Source of the DNA: Octopus bimaculoides
Taxonomy: Eukaryota
DNA: 64,000 nucleotides
Direction: 5' to 3'
NCBI RefSeq assembly: GCF_001194135.2
Contig: NC_069004.1
Span: 8,499,749 to 8,563,748, forward strand
Program-made: the position numbers and the translations under genes
Shown: piece after piece, positions 33,135 to 45,603 of the stretch
Position numbering within the stretch: position 1 is the first letter of the stretch
How the letters are laid out: every line of letters begins with the position of its first letter
Notes under the pieces: generated by a model
The model's input: only the letters and a program-made list of their open reading frames with translations
What the model was told of the DNA's origin: nothing
Databases searched by the model: none

Positions 33135-35839
33135 CACTTCCAGAAATAATATCAATCATTCAAATTTCACACAAAATTCATTTTACTACGTTTATCTCTT
33201 CTTTCACTGAATTGAGAGAATAATTTTATTGTTTTTCTATTTATAGTTTATTCTGAACAAATATTCCTTCCACTCTATTTCCATCAATTCTAATTGTAAC
33301 TGCCATCTGCAAAAGGCTCCAAACTTCATTGAAATACAAAAGTTTTCTTCTATAAGTATTCCAACCAGTGTAATAGAAAAATGTTGCTATTAATCCGAAT
33401 TGCTAAGAAATATTTTACTGTAAGTGCACCATATATTTATATGAACAGACTAATTATATCTCTCCTATATAATATCTTCTAGTCTTGATCAAATGTTTCA
33501 GCTATACTATTTCATCAATTTTAATCTCTCTTGGTAATAGAAAAAGGTTGAAAACTCCTTTGCATATTTGTTTAAAGTTAATTAGAAAACAATACTGTCT
33601 TGTACACATCCCAGGAAATGAAGAATGAAATTTCTCACCCAGAAGAAGTGTTTCATAGTAACTTTGTGATAAATTTATATAAACCGAGTTGTAAGTCTTC
33701 AGTATAACATCTTCCTTTAAATTTAGTCTAAATATTGATGAATACACTTGATGCAGAAATATTCTTCAATGCTAACTTCATCTGATATTCTGAAAAAGTA
33801 AAGAAACAATATAAGATATAAAGGAATATTTAAACAGTGGCAATTCATCAGGAGGTATTTTTACACACTAATGTACAGATAAATTGTGTTCATAAAATAT
33901 TTCCCTGACAATTGCCCTTAATTTTTTAATTTGTATTTAAAATTACAGCATACAAATTTGTGTGTAAAATTGATGTGTTTGCACACAATATCTTCAGCTT
34001 GTATAACATTTATGTTCGAATAAAGAATAGTGGATGATAACATTGTTTTCTGCAGTGATGAGAATGTCGGGTTTAAAATAGTATTACCTAAATAAATATT
34101 TGGAATGTGGTTATCAAGAAATAACCTATCGTAGAATTATTATGTTCACACAGAATGCACTAGGTACTACTTGAACACGGATACAATATTTTTTTCTACT
34201 CTAGGCACAAGACCCAAATTTTGGGGGGAGTGGGCCAGTCAATTATGCAACTGGTACTTAATTTATCGATCCTCTCTCTCTCACACACACATACAAACAA
34301 AAAAGATGTATGCATTTCTCTCACATACACACGTCCATATATCTTTCACTTCAAAGCAAATGTCGCCTTCCACATGTCATGAAAACAAAAGTAAATAAAT
34401 AAAAAAATGTTTTACGGAAATTAACGAACAACCAGCTGGGATCGAATGACATTTCTGCAAGTCAAACGAAACATCGCCAAAAATTTATGATGCGTGTCAA
34501 TATGCATGTGCATGCATCTACTAATTAATTATTTTTTTTAAATCTAAATTCTGATGTAACTACAATGTATCTGAAAGTTATTTATAGTAAATTTCATTTA
34601 AAATTAGCCATTTTTATATTTTTCTTCCTTCAGAAATAGGAGCACACTTGTATCGGTACGCCCTTTTGCAAATCTATATACAAATCAAAAAATTATGAGG
34701 AAGTATTTGGGGTTTGTTCGCCTTACCTACATGCGAGGGAGTATAATCTCTTTGTTTTGCTATCACAACTGAATTGTTGGCAACGAGAACGGAAGTTGGA
34801 GAGAAGGTGTTCGCAGTAAATGAGAACTGTAAAGTGTTAACTGTGTGTTTTGAGCATTTCAACAAACATTGTAAAAAAAAAAAAAGTGTTTTATCATATA
34901 TGACAATAAAAACATTTTTATTAAATTATAGACGTTATGGTGTAGTTCAATGAAGATTTAGCAGCTATTTCTAGCCGGTCAAGTGACCACGTAAAAGTTT
35001 CGTCTGTTCCGTGCTCATCTCGATGGCTGCTGCTGATTGACTAAAATCACAATTTAATATGCTTGTAACTTAGTTTTTTTACGATGGTTAATTTGTAGAC
35101 AGGCACCAAATTGACAGAATCGATAGCACGCCGGGAAAAATGCATAACGACAGCTTTTTTTTTTTTAATAACCAACAATATGCTTAGTATTATAGAATTT
35201 TCAAAACAAATTCTAAAAAATAAAACAAAGATAATCAAATATATAATGCAATCTTTAATATATATTCTTGACATTTGATGTGTATGGAAGAAATGGTTAT
35301 GTTGCTCAAAAAGTATACAGAGTTTATTGTTTTGAATGTATATTCTGTTTGTTTTACCTCTTGCAGTCATTAGATTGTGGCCAAGCTGGGGCACTGCCTT
35401 GAAGAATTTTAGTCGAAAAAATTTACCCCAGATACTTTTTTTTATTAAACATATGTTGTAGTCCTCTGTTGGACTTTTATAATGCCCACTCCAGTATAGC
35501 AGAATAGTCAGTTAGACAAACAAGACATGACCATCCAATTTACTAAACCCAAGAATGCTTGTAGCATAGTCACATTATTCAACGTGGGCATATTTTTTTT
35601 TTTTGCAGTTGCTCTGGATGGATCCAGTTTCCATCCATTTTTATCTATTATCTGGCTCAAGTATTTAATTTTTTTTTGAAAGAATTTACATTTTTTTTTC
35701 AGTTAACTTGAAACTGAAAATTCTTTTATCTTTTCGAATACCCTCTTTACGTGTTCTACATGTTATTCATGTGATTTGCTTTTTATTTGGATATCATCTA
35801 AATAGGCAATAACAAAATCACGGTCATCCAGCATTGTAT

Positions 35840-36100
35840 TCATTACTTGCTGAAATATGGCAGGAGCCACTTTTTCACTGAAGGGAAGCCACTTATATTT
35901 AAATAAGCCACAGTTAATAAGTGTGAGCATTCTTCTTCTACTTGAATTTGTAAATATGCTTTTGAGAGGTCTAATTTTGAGAAAAATTTTCCTTCATTTG
36001 ATTTTGTGAACACTTCCTCAAGACTCAGCAATGGATAGTTATGTGAGATTAAGCAATCATTCGACCCCATTGAAAAATCTGCACAAACTCTTAACTTATT
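35840..36100 (-). mobile_element. Ty3/Gypsy reverse-transcriptase fragment
   Basis: KLRVCADFSMGSNDCLISHNYPLLSLEEVFTKSNEGKFFSKLDLSKAYLQIQVEEE matches the Gypsy RT pattern R.C.D...LN......YPLP..E..F....G.K.FSK.DL..AY.Q. Confidence 0.85.
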
Positions 36101-36103
36101 GAT

Positions 36104-36208
36104 CGAGGCAATAGTAGAAGACACTTGCCCAAGGTGCCACGCAGTGGGACTAAACCCAGAACCATGTGGTTGGTAAGCAAGCTACTTACCACACAGCCAC
36201 TCCTACGC
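36104..36208 (-). mobile_element. SINE family A head fragment abutting the Gypsy relic
   Basis: GGCGTAGGAGTGGCTGTGTGGTAAGTAGCTTGCTTACCAACCACATGGTTCTGGGTTTAGTCCC..CCTTGGGCAAGTGTC on the minus strand. Confidence 0.8.
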
Positions 36209-38513
36209 CTATGTCCAATTTTTCTACAACAGAAACATTCCACTTTCTTAAATGGGCAGTTTTTTTTCTCAGGCGTAGATCTTCACATGCAAAACATGGG
36301 TTTGTGTCCTGATTTTTGATGATGACAATGATTTACACACACACACACACACACACACATATGTATACACACGTGGTTCTATTACTATTGACTGTATCTC
36401 TGGTAATACCATTGTTTATAGATATTATACACACATGATTCTCTGATTCAATCACTACTGTTAATATCGCCATCTGATTACACCAATGAATACACACATG
36501 CTTCCATCACCAAGTTTGTTTCTCTTTCTGATTACACCAATGTATACAGATGTAATACACACATGATCTTTATTACTATTGCTTATACCACTGTCAGTAC
36601 AACTCTTACTCTTTCTCTATTTCTCTCTCCCCTACCTCCCCATGTGTGTGTGTCTGTGTAGCTGTGTATGCATGTCAATGTTCTATTTAATTGAACAAAT
36701 GAACAATAATGGAAAAATAATAAAAGCAAGAGAAAAGGTAGGGGAAAAGGAAAGAAAGGAACAAATAAACAAACAAACAAAAAGTAAAAACGCAAAATGA
36801 AGTAAAAAAGCAAAATGAAGAAAGAAGTAGGAAAGAAAGAAAGAAAGAAAGAATATTCTTTAAAGAATGATTGGGAATGGAAGAGAAAATCTTAGCAACA
36901 TTTGTAAAAAAAAGTTTTAAAATATCTATCAATCAATCAATCAATCAATCTATCTATCTATCCACCCATCCCTGCCACCCATCCCTCCCTCCTTCTGTTT
37001 GCCTGTCTACTATTATACCGATACATATATATAATGTAACATAATACTCACACACACATATACATGTACCTAATATGACTACTGGAACCAGCTGTAAGTC
37101 AAGTTTGCTCCAATAAAGGGAAAACAGGTAATGACCACAGTACTCGAATACCGGAGGTAGAATAATATGCTTTATTAATAAAGCTTCAAAGACATCATGA
37201 AAACTGTTACTCAGAGTTTCATGCTCCCTGTTGTCAGACAGTTTTGGTTGAGGATGGAACCATTCTCAACCAAAACTATCCGACGGAAAGCTGTTTTTGA
37301 CAAATTGACACTCAACAAAAGGGCATTTCAAAGAAAAAACTGGTTAAAACTTGATGAGACTTTGATTAATTTCATGTAACTTAAACTTTTTGCTTGTCTA
37401 AAGCATTTTCATAAGTTTGTCTCAAATATCCACTCGTTTCCAGATTTTTAGTTAGCTCTTGTTACATATATTCTGACTTATAATATAAAGCTTTCCTTTC
37501 ATGAACCCCTAGTTACTTAAGTGGTTGAAATAAATTGGCTACATGTATCATATATGATGTATGGACAACAGGGGAAATATGTTCTGTGTTCTGTGATACA
37601 AAGGACAGGCAAACAGTTAAGCAGTTCTGTTAGAAGAGACAGTTTAGTGTGTCATTACTAAATCATGTTATACAAACTATATCTTTATATTGAGTCTATC
37701 TGTGACATTAACTCTTTTTCTGTCCAAATAATTCTCATAAGTTTGTACTAAATGCCCAGGCTTGTTTTCTGACTTTTAGTTCACCTTGTTTCATACGTTC
37801 TGAATTATATAAAGATTTCCTTTCAAAAGCCTCAAGTTACTCAGGTGGTTGGAAAAAAATTGGGGATGTGTTTGGGGATAGTACATCATAAATTGGTTGG
37901 CATTAGGAAGGGCATCTAGCTGTATAAACTAAGCCAAAACAGGTTATGGAATCTGTTGCACCCCACTATCAAGCCGTCCAACTCATGCCAGCATGGAAAA
38001 TGAACATTAAATACTGATGATGATGATGTGTCATATATGATGCATGGACGATAGGAAAATATATATCCTTATAAGTCAACTCTATGCGTATCATGTGATG
38101 CACAGAGGGTTAATATATACGGCTGTCAATTTAGTCATGTGTGGTGGGATATACAACAAGGAGCAATATAGCAGATGCAATATGGGCTTTCTATAGGGAA
38201 ACAAATGTCATATTGGAATAATGTTAATATGATGTATGAGAGTAATTTAAAAATATAGACATGGTTAAGTAATTTTTCTATATTTTAGATCTTTATCAAA
38301 ATTTTTTAACTATATTTACTTTGCCGTCATCGTCAGCATGAGTTCTCTAGTCTAAGCATAATTATTCGATTACATACTCTGATGGAACCTTAGTTACTCT
38401 GCCGAACCATTTCTCCTCCAAAAATATGGCACTATATAATCTGCGCCGATTCAGTGTATTGTATTGGTTATTATTTGTGTATTCGTTGCGATTTAGTTTG
38501 GTGACAAATACGC

Positions 38514-38553
<40 letters not shown>

Positions 38554-40268
38554 TTATAGGTGTCCTAAGAGAAGGTACAGAGAAAGGAGGGGGATGTGTC
38601 ATGGGTGAAAAGCGAGAAAGAAAGAATCAGCGACATTGAGAAATTGAGAGACGATAAATAGAACTGAAAATATCTCCACAATGTTCTTGAGAGATGTGAG
38701 AGAGTGAGGTGAGTGTTGTACTGAGAGACAAGAATAGTTAAGGACGGAGAGAAATTAAGAGTATAAACAAGTGACAGATTGATGAAGGGGAGGAACTTGA
38801 GGATAGATTTTGAAAGAAAACGGAGGATAGGTTCAGTAGATTGAACGGAGTAAAAAAAGAAGGGAGGGAGAGAGAGAGAGAAGGATATGGAGAAAGAGAG
38901 AGAGGGGACAGTATAGAGGAGAACATTTACTATCGAGAGATGTGAAAAGAAATATTGCGATTGAAAATCCAGATATTTATAAATATATCGGATCCCACCC
39001 ACCCAAACCATCCACACTAACTGTTGCATTCTTTCTGTCACAATTGCTTCTCAAGTTTTCTCATCTTTCTATCCCCCACCACCTCACCTTTCTGCCTCTT
39101 TTTTTTTTTTTTTTTCTCCGTCACCAACTTCACTCCGCCTAATTTACCCACAAACGTCACCAACGTCGACATAAAATTCCATAGGTCATCCAGATGTGTC
39201 AGACCCGACTAACCTCTGTACCCTAGGCTGGCGATCAATTGTTTGCTCGCTGTTGACTATTAAATACATGAATTGATTCGAGGGGAAGAGGACGAGGTGG
39301 AAAAGTGGGGTTATAGCAGTGATAAACAGAAAAAACAAAAAAAAAAAGAAAGGAAAAGTGACTAAACCAAATTTTTATACATATATATATATATATNNNN
39401 NNNNNNNNNNNNNNNNNNNNNNNNNNNNNNNNNNNNNNNNNNNNNNNNNNNNNNNNNNNNNNNNNNNNNNNNNNNNNNNNNNNNNNNNNNNNNNNNNNNN
39501 NNNNNNNNNNNNNNNNNNNNNNNNNNNNNNNNNNNNNNNNNNNNNNNNNNNNNNNNNNNNNNNNNNNNNNNNNNNNNNNNNNNNNNNNNNNNNNNNNNNN
39601 NNNNNNNNNNNNNNNNNNNNNNNNNNNNNNNNNNNNNNNNNNNNNNNNNNNNNNNNNNNNNNNNNNNNNNNNNNNNNNNNNNNNNNNNNNNNNNNNNNNN
39701 NNNNNNNNNNNNNNNNNNNNNNNNNNNNNNNNNNNNNNNNNNNNNNNNNNNNNNNNNNNNNNNNNNNNNNNNNNNNNNNNNNNNNNNNNNNNNNNNNNNN
39801 NNNNNNNNNNNNNNNNNNNNNTATATATACAGGCATACATACTTATACACATACATATACAGAAGATATACTTAAAAACACAATATATATATACACACAC
39901 ACACACACGGACACATACACATGTATGCATATAGACGCATACATACATCCATATACATACACACATACGGAATATCCGTAATTAACTCGCCATGCAACAG
40001 GAGGAGAATGAAAGAGAGACAAAGTGAATGAGGCAAACGTTAATTGAAAGAAAAGAACAGAACGAAAAGGAAAAGCAAGGGAGGCCACTCTGAAGTGGGT
40101 TTTGAGTTGTCAATTACCTTGGAGTGATGTGTGATGTTGGTCGGTAATTATTATATCGGTTACGTAAACCAAACAACACCAAACAAACAGAAGGACGAAT
40201 TTCTTTTTTCGTTTCATTCCTACATTCCTTCACTCAGCTGTTTCTTCACATGATCTGATCCTGACAAG

Positions 40269-40333
40269 ATGCCGAACATAGAAATGAAATTTAGTTACCA
40301 TCACGTTGTCATATTCTGTTTGACATTTTTAAG
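40269..40333 (+). CDS. SLC37A3: SLC37A3-like sugar phosphate exchanger, coding exon 1
   Basis: MPNIEMKFSYHHVVIFCLTFL+AG|gtaagg. Resembles SLC37A3 FSHHHVVVFLLTFFSY (from recall). Phase 2 matches the next exon. Confidence 0.82.
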
Positions 40334-40783
40334 GTAAGGAAGAAATATATATATATATATATATATATAATACTTAACTTTTTAACGTATTTTTTCTTCT
40401 TCTTAATGTTATATTAAGAACAACACAAAAATAAACGCACATATATATTTCGAAATCTCGTTTATATAAAGACACATACATACACCTTTTATTAAAAGAG
40501 AGAAATAAACTTTCTTTGTATTGTTATCGACTTGTAACCAAGTCGTATTGACCCAACGAAGTTAGTCACTCGACCTACTGGAAGGAACAACCAAAATCTC
40601 CCTTAACTCGCACCCCACCGCCTTAGAAAAAGAAAGGATTACACACAAGAGTGATTTGATCTAGATCTCCCACGCTCTTCAGATTAAAAAAAAAAGTCGT
40701 CTAGCATGGTCTCGATCGTGAGTCTGTTTAATCAGATCTGACTGGGAGCTTAACAAAAACGACGATATATCTGCACAAATGTA

Positions 40784-42235
40784 CCCCCACCGACTTTATT
40801 TCATCATAACTTCCAGAAGAATGGACATTTTTCAATGAAAACAGGCTTCAGATGGTTTAGATTTCGGTTATATCGGAATTTGTTGTAAAAAAAAAAAAAG
40901 TTTCCGCGGGTGAGGAGAGGAGTTTCAAAAAAATTCTCAAGTCTGTTTTGTTTCCTTATAACATACGGAAAATTGGTACCATTTTTTTAATGAAATTTTC
41001 TACAAATATCTTTAAGAATGTGTAGATTACGATTATATACGATTAATATAAGGGGGGGGGGAACGGTGAACACTCATACGTACTGATAATTTGTTTTTTC
41101 TAAATTTCAAGTTTCATTTTGTAGATATATGTGATTATCATCATGATCGTTTAACATCCGCTTTCCATGCTGGCATGGGTTGGCCTGTTTGACTGAAAAG
41201 TGGTAAGCCAAGGAACTGCACCAGGTTCCAATCTGATTTGGCAAGGTTTCTACCGCTGGATACCCTCCCCTAACGCCAACCACTCTAGAAGTGTAGTGGA
41301 TTCTTTTTACGTGCCACTGGCAATGGTGCCATTGATGTGACACCGGCGTTGGCCACAACTACGATCTCACTTGGCTTGACAGGTCTACACAAGCACAGTA
41401 TATCGCTAAAGGTCTCAGTCACCTGTCACTGCCTCTGTGAGGTCCAATGCTCGAATGGTGCTTTTCACGTGCCACTGGCAAGGATGCCAATCAGATGGCA
41501 CTGGCTTCGGCTACGACTACGATATCAAAAGAAAATTTTAAAACTTCTTCCTTGTGTTTAATATACTAACAGATTGTTTTCAAATGTACCGACTTATACC
41601 GTGGAATTTCCATAGGCCAGACTCCTACTAGTTTTGTTACCTCTGCCTTAGCCTGAGCGGAGGTATTGTCTGTTTGTTTGTCTCAAGAACTGCTGGATGG
41701 ATTCGGATGAAATTTTCAGGGATGTTTGGCCTCATGGCAGGCACGAACTGATTAGATTTTGGGATCGATCCGGTACCGGACAAAGATTCTGGATTATTTT
41801 TCCTGTGTTTTTACTTAATTTTTGAGGGCGGTCGGGTTCATTTTTAGTATTCTCGTTTGTGAGAGCAGTCAAGTTTATTTCAAATATTCTCATTTTAAAA
41901 AAATCATCCCTGGCTAATAGTTGAGAGGACTTTGGTGTTGCCTTGGCGGACGTGTGTATGTATGTATGTATTTTTGCGAGTTTTTAACTAATCTTTTCCT
42001 CTTTTTTCATATTAAATTTCGATAGAAAATTTCATCAAAAAAATATCCATTTTTCTGAAAGTTATGAGGAAACAAAGCTGACTTGTGAATTTTCCGAAAT
42101 CCCTCTCCCCATATCGGGACAAATGTTTTTCACAACAAATTCCGATATTACCGGAATCTACACCATCTGAATGAAGCGTATTAGAAAATGCCAATTTTTC
42201 TGAAAGCTACGAGGAAACAAAGTCGGGGTGGGGGT
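40784..42235. mobile_element. Foldback-like element, inverted arms 40784-41003 and 42021-42235
   Basis: Arms are reverse complements (about 70% identity by eye) and each has two ~110-bp units. Same family as 871-1606. The spacer carries an RTE-tailed repeat and a Helentron-like element. Confidence 0.55.
41637..41952. mobile_element. Helentron-type (HINE/DINE-like) non-autonomous element
   Basis: Starts TTACCTCTGCC with a near-terminal palindrome (ACCTCTGCC..GCGGAGGT) and ends CCTTGGCGGAC (subterminal inverted repeat). Confidence 0.4.
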
Positions 42236-43476
42236 GGGGCACACTTGTGTAGGTAAGCTAAAAGTTAAACCTACACGATAAACACGTATTCTAGGTCTTA
42301 AATATGTAAACATTATAACGATTGCTTTTATTTTATATTTAGTTTGCTTATTTTAACATTGTTATTGTTTTATCTTGCTCTTAATCATAATAGATAATAA
42401 TTTTGTTTCCTTTATCATTATTTTAAGTGGGTTTTTTTTGCCACAATTATTTTTCTGTTTCTTTTTTATCTGGATTCAATTCATTAAAAGGAAGAAGTGT
42501 TTAATAGATTAACTTTATTCTAATTGAATTGGTACTTGGAATATAAATCAACATGGAATTTTGGTGGAAGGTTTTTTTTTTACCTAGATCACTTTAAAGC
42601 ATGGAATTCATGTAGAACCAGGGGTGGTCTCAGATTGGTTGGTATCAAAAGGATTAAAGTACCTAGCTTTCCATTTTGATTCCAAATTCAGCTGTAGTCG
42701 ACTTTGTTTTTCATCTCTCACCCTGCTGAACCATTTCAATGCAAATAAGTCAAGTATGTTTGGCTTGATAACGAACCCATAATTCTAAGCTCAAATCCTG
42801 CTGAGATCATCTCTGCCTTTCTTCACACCAGGGTCGGTTTCAACAATGGGTATTCAATTGTTCAATCAAGTGAATTATTCTTTAAGTGACTGAACATTTC
42901 ACAGACATGTACTCTTAACATCATTCTCAGGCAGAAACAGTGTGACAAGGCATGACCTTAAAATTACTGTACATACCATATGGCAGGACTTCTACACAGT
43001 TTCCATCACTCCAGTTTCATTCGCAAGGAACCCCCTAATTTTGGTGGCTTAAAATGTGGAAAAAAGGTTCCGTAAGGGATTATAATACTATTCATGTATA
43101 AGAAACTAACATATTTTTTAACCTAATTTTTGACAAAAATGGGTTCCTTGTACATGTTAAAATATGGTAATTAACAGTAAAATATCAAAGGTGTTCTACT
43201 CTTATCAAGATTTGGTGTGCTTTGAGGGGTGGTGGTGGTGGTAGATTTGGTTGCTATTTCTTGCAGTTTGAATGACCACATAGGGAAATCCTCTCAGGTT
43301 CAAGCTGATGGTAGAGTTATTCTTGTTGTATATGCAGTAAATGATGTGATGCTGGTGGTATATCATTGAATAGTGTCATAGAGATTGTGAGAGAGTTCAC
43401 TTATGATGTACGTGCTCTGTTTATAGAAAGATATAAACAAACAATTGAAGTAAACAGATAAAACTGATTATCAGCA

Positions 43477-43511
<35 letters not shown>

Positions 43512-43723
43512 AAGTGAGAGAGAGAGAGAGCTTGAGATATTGTGAGAAATTATGTGTGTGGTTATATGTTGTACTATGTAAATGGAAAACAATTAAGATT
43601 AAATATATTATTTTGAAAATTTTTATTAATAGAGATGATGATTATGATAGGATTTTGCTCGTTTTGTTTTATTTAAATAAGTACACACACACACACACAC
43701 ACACACACGTACATAGGTATGTG

Positions 43724-44081
43724 TACTCTTTTACTTGTTTCAGTCATTTGACTGTGGCCATGCTGGAGCACCACCTTTAGTCGAAGAAATCGACCCCAGG
43801 ACTTATTCTTCTTAAGCCTAGTACTTATTCTATCGGTCTTTTTTGCTGAACCGCATCGGTCGTCAAGCGATGTTGGGGGACAAACAGAGACACACATACA
43901 TATATATATATACATATATACGACGGGCTTCTTTCAGGTTCTGTCTACCAAATCCACTCACAAGGCTTTGGTTGGCCTGAGGCTATAGTAGAAGACACTT
44001 GCCCAAGGTGCCCTGCAGTGGGACTGAACCCAGAACCATGTGGTTGGTAAGCAAGGTACTTACCAAACAGCCACTCCTGCG
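43724..44081 (-). mobile_element. SINE family A, near full length
   Basis: High similarity to 27549-27908. Confidence 0.85.
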
Positions 44082-44229
44082 AGTGTATGTTTTTGCATGC
44101 ATATCTTTGTTTCATTTGTCTGTGCAGTCCTTTTAGCAACAACAAATTCTGAATCAAATAAACTTATCTACATAGTGGAAGTTACGTTGCTGGGATATTT
44201 AATTGAGTGTGTATGGGGGTGTCATTTTA

Positions 44230-44265
<36 letters not shown>

Positions 44266-44269
<4 letters not shown>

Positions 44270-44658
44270 TTTTATTCTTTTACTTGTTTCAGTCATTTCA
44301 CTGCGGCTCTATGCTGGAGCACCACCTTTAGTCAAACAATTAGACCCCAGGACTTATTCTTTGTAAGCCTAGTACTTATTCTATTGGTCTCTTTTTCTGA
44401 ACCGCTAAGTTAGGGAGACATAAACACACCAACATTGGTTGTCAAGCAATGGTGCAGGGGACAAACACAGACACAAGTACATACATACATATATACAACG
44501 AGCTTTTTTCAGTTTCTGTCTATCAAATCCACTCACAAGGCTTTGGTTGGCCCGTGGCTATAGTAGAAGACACTTGCCCAAAGTGCAATGCAGTGGGACT
44601 AAACCCGGAACCATGTGGTTGGTAAACAAGCTACTAACCACACAGCCACTCCTGCTCC
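44266..44658 (-). mobile_element. SINE family A, near full length
   Basis: High similarity to 27549-27908 and 43724-44081. Confidence 0.85.
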
Positions 44659-45557
44659 TATGCATTTGCATTCATGTATATGCATACATTCAGGAATACA
44701 CACATCATTATTAAATTCCGTGTATTGACTTCTTGTTAGTAGATAGAAATCAGAGAAGAGAAAAGTGTGTGAGAGAGCGGGTGGGATACGGAGACAGACA
44801 GGCAGAGAGGGGTGAGTAAGAGGGAGAGAGAGAGAGAGAGGAAGAGAGAGTGTATGTTTAGTAGATTGATAATGACTGAAGGAATAACAAAGAAAATAGA
44901 TGTGTGTGTGAAGAGAGGGGAAAAGACAAACAGAGTGTAACAGGTGGAGAGTTCCTTTATGTGGTTCCTCAACTGGCTAGAAATAGCAGCCAAATTCCTT
45001 TAAATCACATCTTATTTTTTTAAGAACAGATATAGTGGATAATATAATCCCTCATACTCTAAAATGTCAGGACAGTCACAGCTGGAGCACCTCTGATTAT
45101 AGGTCTCATCAATCAATAGTAAGCAACCTTATGACTGAGCTGGATATCCTAACCACTAAGTCACATGCTTTGTATCTTTGTAGATATAGCGATTAGAAAA
45201 CGAACATACAGCATACACCACAAAATGAAGCATCATCATGCTTGCTAAATGATATTGGATTAAAAACAGACAAAAGCAAAATTAATTTATGTGCAACCAG
45301 AACATGTGAAATTCTTTCCTTGTTTTCATTCATTCCTTCATAAGCACCGGAGAGTGTGGCAAAAGATGGTCTGAGTAGCACACTGGACGAAATGCTTAGT
45401 AGTATTTTGTCTGTCTTTACTTTCTGAGTTCAAATTCCGCCGAGGTCAACTTTGCCTTTCATCCTTTCAGGGTTGATAAATTAAGTACCAATTACGTACT
45501 GGGCCGATCTAATCTGTGTGTGTGTGTGTAATTTAAAATTTAATAAAATATCATTAC

Positions 45558-45603
<46 letters not shown>

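Noticed and set aside
38500-39000. Purine-rich (GA) tract with Leu/Ser-rich ORFs
   Set aside because: Simple-sequence composition; no domain or splice support.
39235-39981. Long ORFs spanning N runs (also 7829, 48357, 59461)
   Set aside because: Artefacts of assembly gaps and (TA)n/(CA)n microsatellites.
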